In this document: positions 59,826 to 64,000 of the stretch, one piece after another
Layout of the letters: each line of letters opens with the position of its first letter
Numbering within the stretch: the stretch's first letter is position 1
Assembly: GCA_963792585.1 (NCBI GenBank)
Contig: CAWBWI010000004.1
Location: 192,001 to 256,000 of the forward strand
DNA: 64,000 nucleotides
From: Candidatus Eiseniibacteriota bacterium
GTDB taxonomy: Bacteria > Eisenbacteria > RBG-16-71-46 > CAIMUX01 > VGJL01
Direction of reading: 5' to 3'
The notes under the pieces: generated by a model
What the model was told of the DNA's origin: nothing
What the model saw: the letters and a program-made list of their open reading frames with translations, nothing else
Database searches by the model: none
Position numbers and translations under genes: made by a program

Positions 59826-62271
59826 ATGTCAAAGGCTCGTGTTGCGATCTTCGTCGCGGCGATTCTCGTGCTGGCCTTCGCAGGTTCGAGGATCTCGCGA
59901 TATACGCATTCCATCACCGCACCCGACACACGCGGCCATGCGTCCATGACCGTGTCGGACACCGGAGGATCCGCCGCCGAGAGCGCAGTGTCGAACGCGG
60001 CGGGACCCGCCTCGTCGACCCCCGCGGGGGTGGCCTCGGCCGACTCGAAGCGGCCGATCGACCTGGGAATCCCCCAGGGGCCCTTCGACCCCGTTCTGAC
60101 ACAGACTCCCCCCATCGGCCGCTCCCTGCCGCCGACGAACCACCGGGCCAACGACCCGACGGGGGAAGACGTCAGCATCGTGCAGTCGGAATGCTCCATC
60201 GCGACCCGTGGCGACACCGTCGTGGTCGGCTGGAACGACGGTATCGGCTTCGTCGACCCCGGCGCGACCGTCAGCGGCTACGGCTACTCGGTCGACCGGG
60301 GTGAGACCTGGGTCGATGGCGGGGCTGTGCCGAACGGCACGAACGCGAGCGTCTTTGGTGATCCGACCGTCGCCGTGACGAACTCCGGGCTCTGGCTCTT
60401 CGTTTCCCTGGACCTCGGGAACCCGTCCGGTTTGGCGGTCAACCGCGCGCGCTTCCAGAACGGCACGCTCACCTGGGCCCCGTCGGTCAAGTACATTGAC
60501 GGCGGCGGCCTCGACAAGGAATTCATCGAGTACGACTCGGCCACGAACCGAATCTACATGTCCTACGTCGGATCGGCCGGCAGGCTCACCTATTCGACGG
60601 ACGAAGGGGCCACCTGGGCGGCTCCCCTCACCGTCGCCAGCGGGGGTTCGATCAACGGCTTCTACCCGGCCGTTGGCGTCGACGGAGAGGTCTATGTCAG
60701 CTGGTTGAACGGACTGGCCCAGCCCTCGGCCCGCATCATGTGTCGCTATTCATCGGATGGCGGAGTCGTCCTGGGCGGGCGCGGCGGTTCAGGTTGCCCA
60801 GCTCGGAAACAACTCCCATCGCCCGCCGCAGTGTTTCAACCGGGGCTTCAATGTCACCTTCCCATCGATGTCCGTCGATCGCTCCAACGGTCCCCATCGC
60901 GGCCGCGCCTACTTCTGCTATACCGACGGCGCCCCGAACGACTTCGACGCATTCGTGACCTATTCCGACAACAAAGGACAGACCTGGTCGACGCCGGTCC
61001 GCCTCGCCGACGCGGCGAACGCGTCCGAGCAGTTCTGGCCTCAGGTCCACGTCTCCCCGATCGATGGACGCGTCTCGGTCGGTTGGTACGATCGTCGAAA
61101 CGCGACCAACAACAACAGCCTTTGCGACTACTACATCACGCAATCGGTCGATGGCGGAGCGAACTGGGGACCGAACCGGCGCCTCTCCGACACATCGGTC
61201 GCGTGGTGCGGCGTTCCCGCGAACATCGCTCCGAACTTCGGGGACTACGTCGAGCTGACGAGCGACGACCGGTCGGTATTCGGGATCTGGTCGGACGCGC
61301 GCGGCGGCGGCCCCGACGTCTACGTCGGCCGCTTCGACGATCGCTTCGAACTCGCGGTGAGCGGGACGACCGGAGCGCAAAGGAGCGTCTTCGACGGCGG
61401 TGGCACGGTCTGGTACATCCCGAACGAGACCGACTTCACGATCGACCCCGTCCCGGCTCTGGATTCGCCGGCGGAGATGATGGTGGCAGCGCTCGGACTC
61501 GGCACGATGGCCTCTCCGCCCGAGACGCGGGGCGTCTTCGACCTCGCGGGCGAGTCCCTCCATGGAGAGGTGAGCCTCGGTTCATCCCAGGGGACGGTCA
61601 ACGGCACGTTCTCCATCTCGCGCAACGGTCTGAACGGAATCAACCTCACTTTCACCTCCGTAAGCTCGACCGGCCTCGACCAGATCCAGTTCCTCCCGAG
61701 CTCGCGGATCCAGGCCACTCTGGTTCCCTCGGGGCCCGGCGAGGTAGGCATCTTCGGGACCGTGACGATGAGCCGTCTCATCGGCCCGCTCGCCTTTTCG
61801 ATGGGGGGCGTGCTCCACTTCGACGGCAGCCAGGCGACTCTCGAGGCGAACCAGTCGATCGACGTGAACGTCACCATGAATCTCGCCTCGACCCTTCACA
61901 TGCACACGCGGACGACGGTGGTCGACGGGGTGACGGCCGATGTGCCGCCGATTTCCGCCGGCACGAACCCGCCGCCGCTCGCGACGGTGCGCGCGGTCCC
62001 CAATCCCCTGTCGGCGTCGACGCGGATCGTCTACACCCTCACGCATCCGGCGGACGGTTCGATCCAGATCTACTCCGTTACGGGACGCTCCGTCCGAACG
62101 ATCGCCAAGGGACGTTTCGAGACGGGAATGCACGAGTACGCATTCGACGGGAAGGACGACAACGGTCGCAGACTCCCGCTGGGGGGTTACTTCATCCGGC
62201 TCGAGACCGACAAGGTCAATGTCGCCGGGAAGCTCTTCGTCGTGAACGGAAGCTCGAGCGACCCTGACTAG
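59826..62271 (+). CDS. Secreted BNR/Asp-box (sialidase-like propeller) protein with FlgD-Ig C-terminal domain, one frameshift near 60767
   Basis: Asp-boxes SVDRGETW, STDEGATW, SSDGG|SW (split by one extra base), SDNKGQTW, SVDGGANW; C-terminal PNP...FDGKDDNGRRLPLGGYFIRL. Confidence 0.82.
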
Positions 62272-62284
62272 TCCAGAGCGAACC

Positions 62285-62325
62285 GAATGGGCGGCCGACT
62301 CCGCTCGGGAGCCGGCCGCCCGTTC
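62285..62325 (+). terminator. Hairpin downstream of the BNR gene
   Basis: GAATGGGCGGCCGACTCC / GGAGCCGGCCGCCCGTTC near-perfect stem. Confidence 0.55.
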
Positions 62326-62751
62326 AATTGCCCTGTCCGCCTCGCAGCGACTATGGCACCAGCACGATCCGGGTCAGGACCTCCGTCCCTCCCGCGTCCA
62401 ACCGACCGACGTACACCCCGGTCTCCGCAGAAACCCGGCACGCCCTTACGCGCATGGCGGTTGCGGCATGTGAGGATCCGATCGTGCGAAACGCCCGCAA
62501 CGCCTCCGCAGAGCGTGGAATTCGCAATCGGATTGGGCTGCCCTGAAGACTCTCGGCTCCCGAACCTCCGTAGGGGATCGACAAGGAGTGATTCCCCCTC
62601 CATCCGTATCTGCTTGCACCTGCGCCAGAACCCGGTCTCGACCTCGGTCCGCTTTGACATTCACCTCCGTGATCGAATCGGATTCTGCACGTGGCACGCC
62701 GGTTGCCCGATCATCAGGGTGGCCGCTTGCCGGCCAAGGGAGACCGCACAC

Positions 62752-63759
62752 ATGGGCTTGCATGAGAAGACACTGGACCCATTGCTCAAACTGGGGGATC
62801 TTGCCGCCCGACGCACCCGGTCCGAGCAGATCGAACATGCGATGCGCACAGCGCTGCTGCTGACTGAGGCCGATGCGGCGGTCACGCTGTTGCCTTCGGC
62901 GCGGCGGGGCGAACGCCTGGTCATGCATGCGGGCAGCGCCGTACCGGCCCTCGTCCCCTGCCAGGCATCCGGCAGCGAGGTCGTCCGGTTCTTCGCGGAG
63001 GAGTGCCGACTGCTCGTGCTGGCCGACCTCTCGAAAGAGGCGCGCTGGGCCGCCGGAGACGGCTGCCCCGGAGTCGAGGCCGGGCCGGTGCTGTACACAC
63101 CGCTGCGCCAGCGCGACCCGGCGCTGGGTTACTTTGCAGTGTACCGGCGGTATGGGCGCGCCCGATTCGGCCTGGCCGAAAGCCATATCATGCTGTTCCT
63201 CTCCGCCTGGCTCGGGCTCGCACTCGAGAGCCTTCGCCTCTCGAGCGGCAGGGACAAGCTCGGGGTGACCGACCGGATCACCGAGGTCTACAACACGCGG
63301 TTCCTCACGACGGCACTCCGCCGTGAGCTGCGCCGTGCCAGCCGCTTCGGCCAGGAGTTATCGCTTGTGCGGGTCGGGCTGGATCAACTCGACTCGTTCC
63401 AGGCGGAGCACGGTGAGCTACGGACGAGCGTGGTCCTCAGGGAACTCGCATCCCTGCTCACGAACCAGGTGCGCGCCTTTGATCTCGTGGCGCGCGCCCG
63501 GGGCGACGGCTTCATGCTGATCCTGCCGCAGACCGCGAGGGCGGACGCCATGGATGTGGCCGAGCGCATACGCGCCGCAGTCGAGCGTAACGAGTTCTCC
63601 GCCGGCCCCGTCGGCACGATCACCGCGAGCTTCGGCGTGGTCTCGTTTCCTCAGGATGGGGTGGACGACAAGGCGCTCGTCGCCCTCGTTGAGCGCGCGC
63701 TTGCCCAGGCGCGCCAGCGCGGGCCGAATTGCGTCTACTCGCTCGAGCAGGCGGCGTGA
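62752..63759 (+). CDS. GAF + degenerate GGDEF domain protein
   Basis: GAF-like N-half; DRITEVYNTRFL, RELRRASRF, signature altered to RGDGF, AERIR...TASFGV..FP.DG. Confidence 0.8.
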   Translation: MGLHEKTLDPLLKLGDLAARRTRSEQIEHAMRTALLLTEADAAVTLLPSARRGERLVMHAGSAVPALVPCQASGSEVVRFFAEECRLLVLADLSKEARWAAGDGCPGVEAGPVLYTPLRQRDPALGYFAVYRRYGRARFGLAESHIMLFLSAWLGLALESLRLSSGRDKLGVTDRITEVYNTRFLTTALRRELRRASRFGQELSLVRVGLDQLDSFQAEHGELRTSVVLRELASLLTNQVRAFDLVARARGDGFMLILPQTARADAMDVAERIRAAVERNEFSAGPVGTITASFGVVSFPQDGVDDKALVALVERALAQARQRGPNCVYSLEQAA

Positions 63760-64000
63760 ATGTCAACCTGGACCCTAGCCAGCGAGCACTATCCGGATTT
63801 CCTCTCCCGGCGCAGCTCTAGCTGCAAATTAGGCGACACATACGATGTTTCCGGAAGGCACAGGGGCGATTGCGTCGGCGTTCAGAAGGAGAAGGCGCTC
63901 ATGGTGCGTTCGTCCCGGGGCACGGAGGAAATGAAGTCGTTCACCACCTCCGCAGCTCCAAGTCAGCAGCCCGGTCCTCAGACTCCCTGTTCATCTCGAC

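Noticed and set aside
60768..62267. C-terminal half of the 813-aa ORF 59826-62267
   Set aside because: Out-of-frame read-through after the frameshift. The Asp-boxes and FlgD tail continue in the 60757-62271 frame.
63901..64000. Open frame from ATG 63901 to the window end
   Set aside because: Too short and featureless to call.

Overview
High-GC bacterial chromosomal window. Several secreted proteins end in FlgD-Ig/T9SS-like C-terminal domains and one remnant ends in a 'TTWGxxxAxFR' tail. This suggests an FCB-group candidate phylum such as Ca. Eisenbacteria or Latescibacterota (inference). Housekeeping content: pdp-cdd, mazG, speB with two XRE-cupin regulators, rsgA, an RluA-family synthase, a LonC-type protease, dapE-dapC-dapD, tRNA-Trp, perR-katA, ycaQ, a MacB-like ABC pair and three GT-C-like membrane proteins. 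Secreted hydrolases include C25, M14 and BNR-repeat proteins. Several genes carry single-base frameshifts, most likely sequencing or assembly errors, concentrated at 1-1.2 kb and 13.8-16.1 kb. Three candidate undescribed systems stand out. (1) A radical SAM/SPASM enzyme lies directly behind a ~105-aa protein whose Pro/Cys-rich centre is sandwiched between two homologous amphipathic helices, a candidate RiPP precursor, downstream of an ECF sigma/Ser-Thr kinase pair. (2) A polyphosphate cluster has two tandem, divergent thymidylate-kinase-like genes translationally coupled to ppx, facing ppk2-CYTH/CHAD-sixA. (3) A coupled pair of giant (1231 and ~1449 aa) proteins has no function I can recognise. 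No CRISPR array, rRNA, transposase or integrase was recognised.
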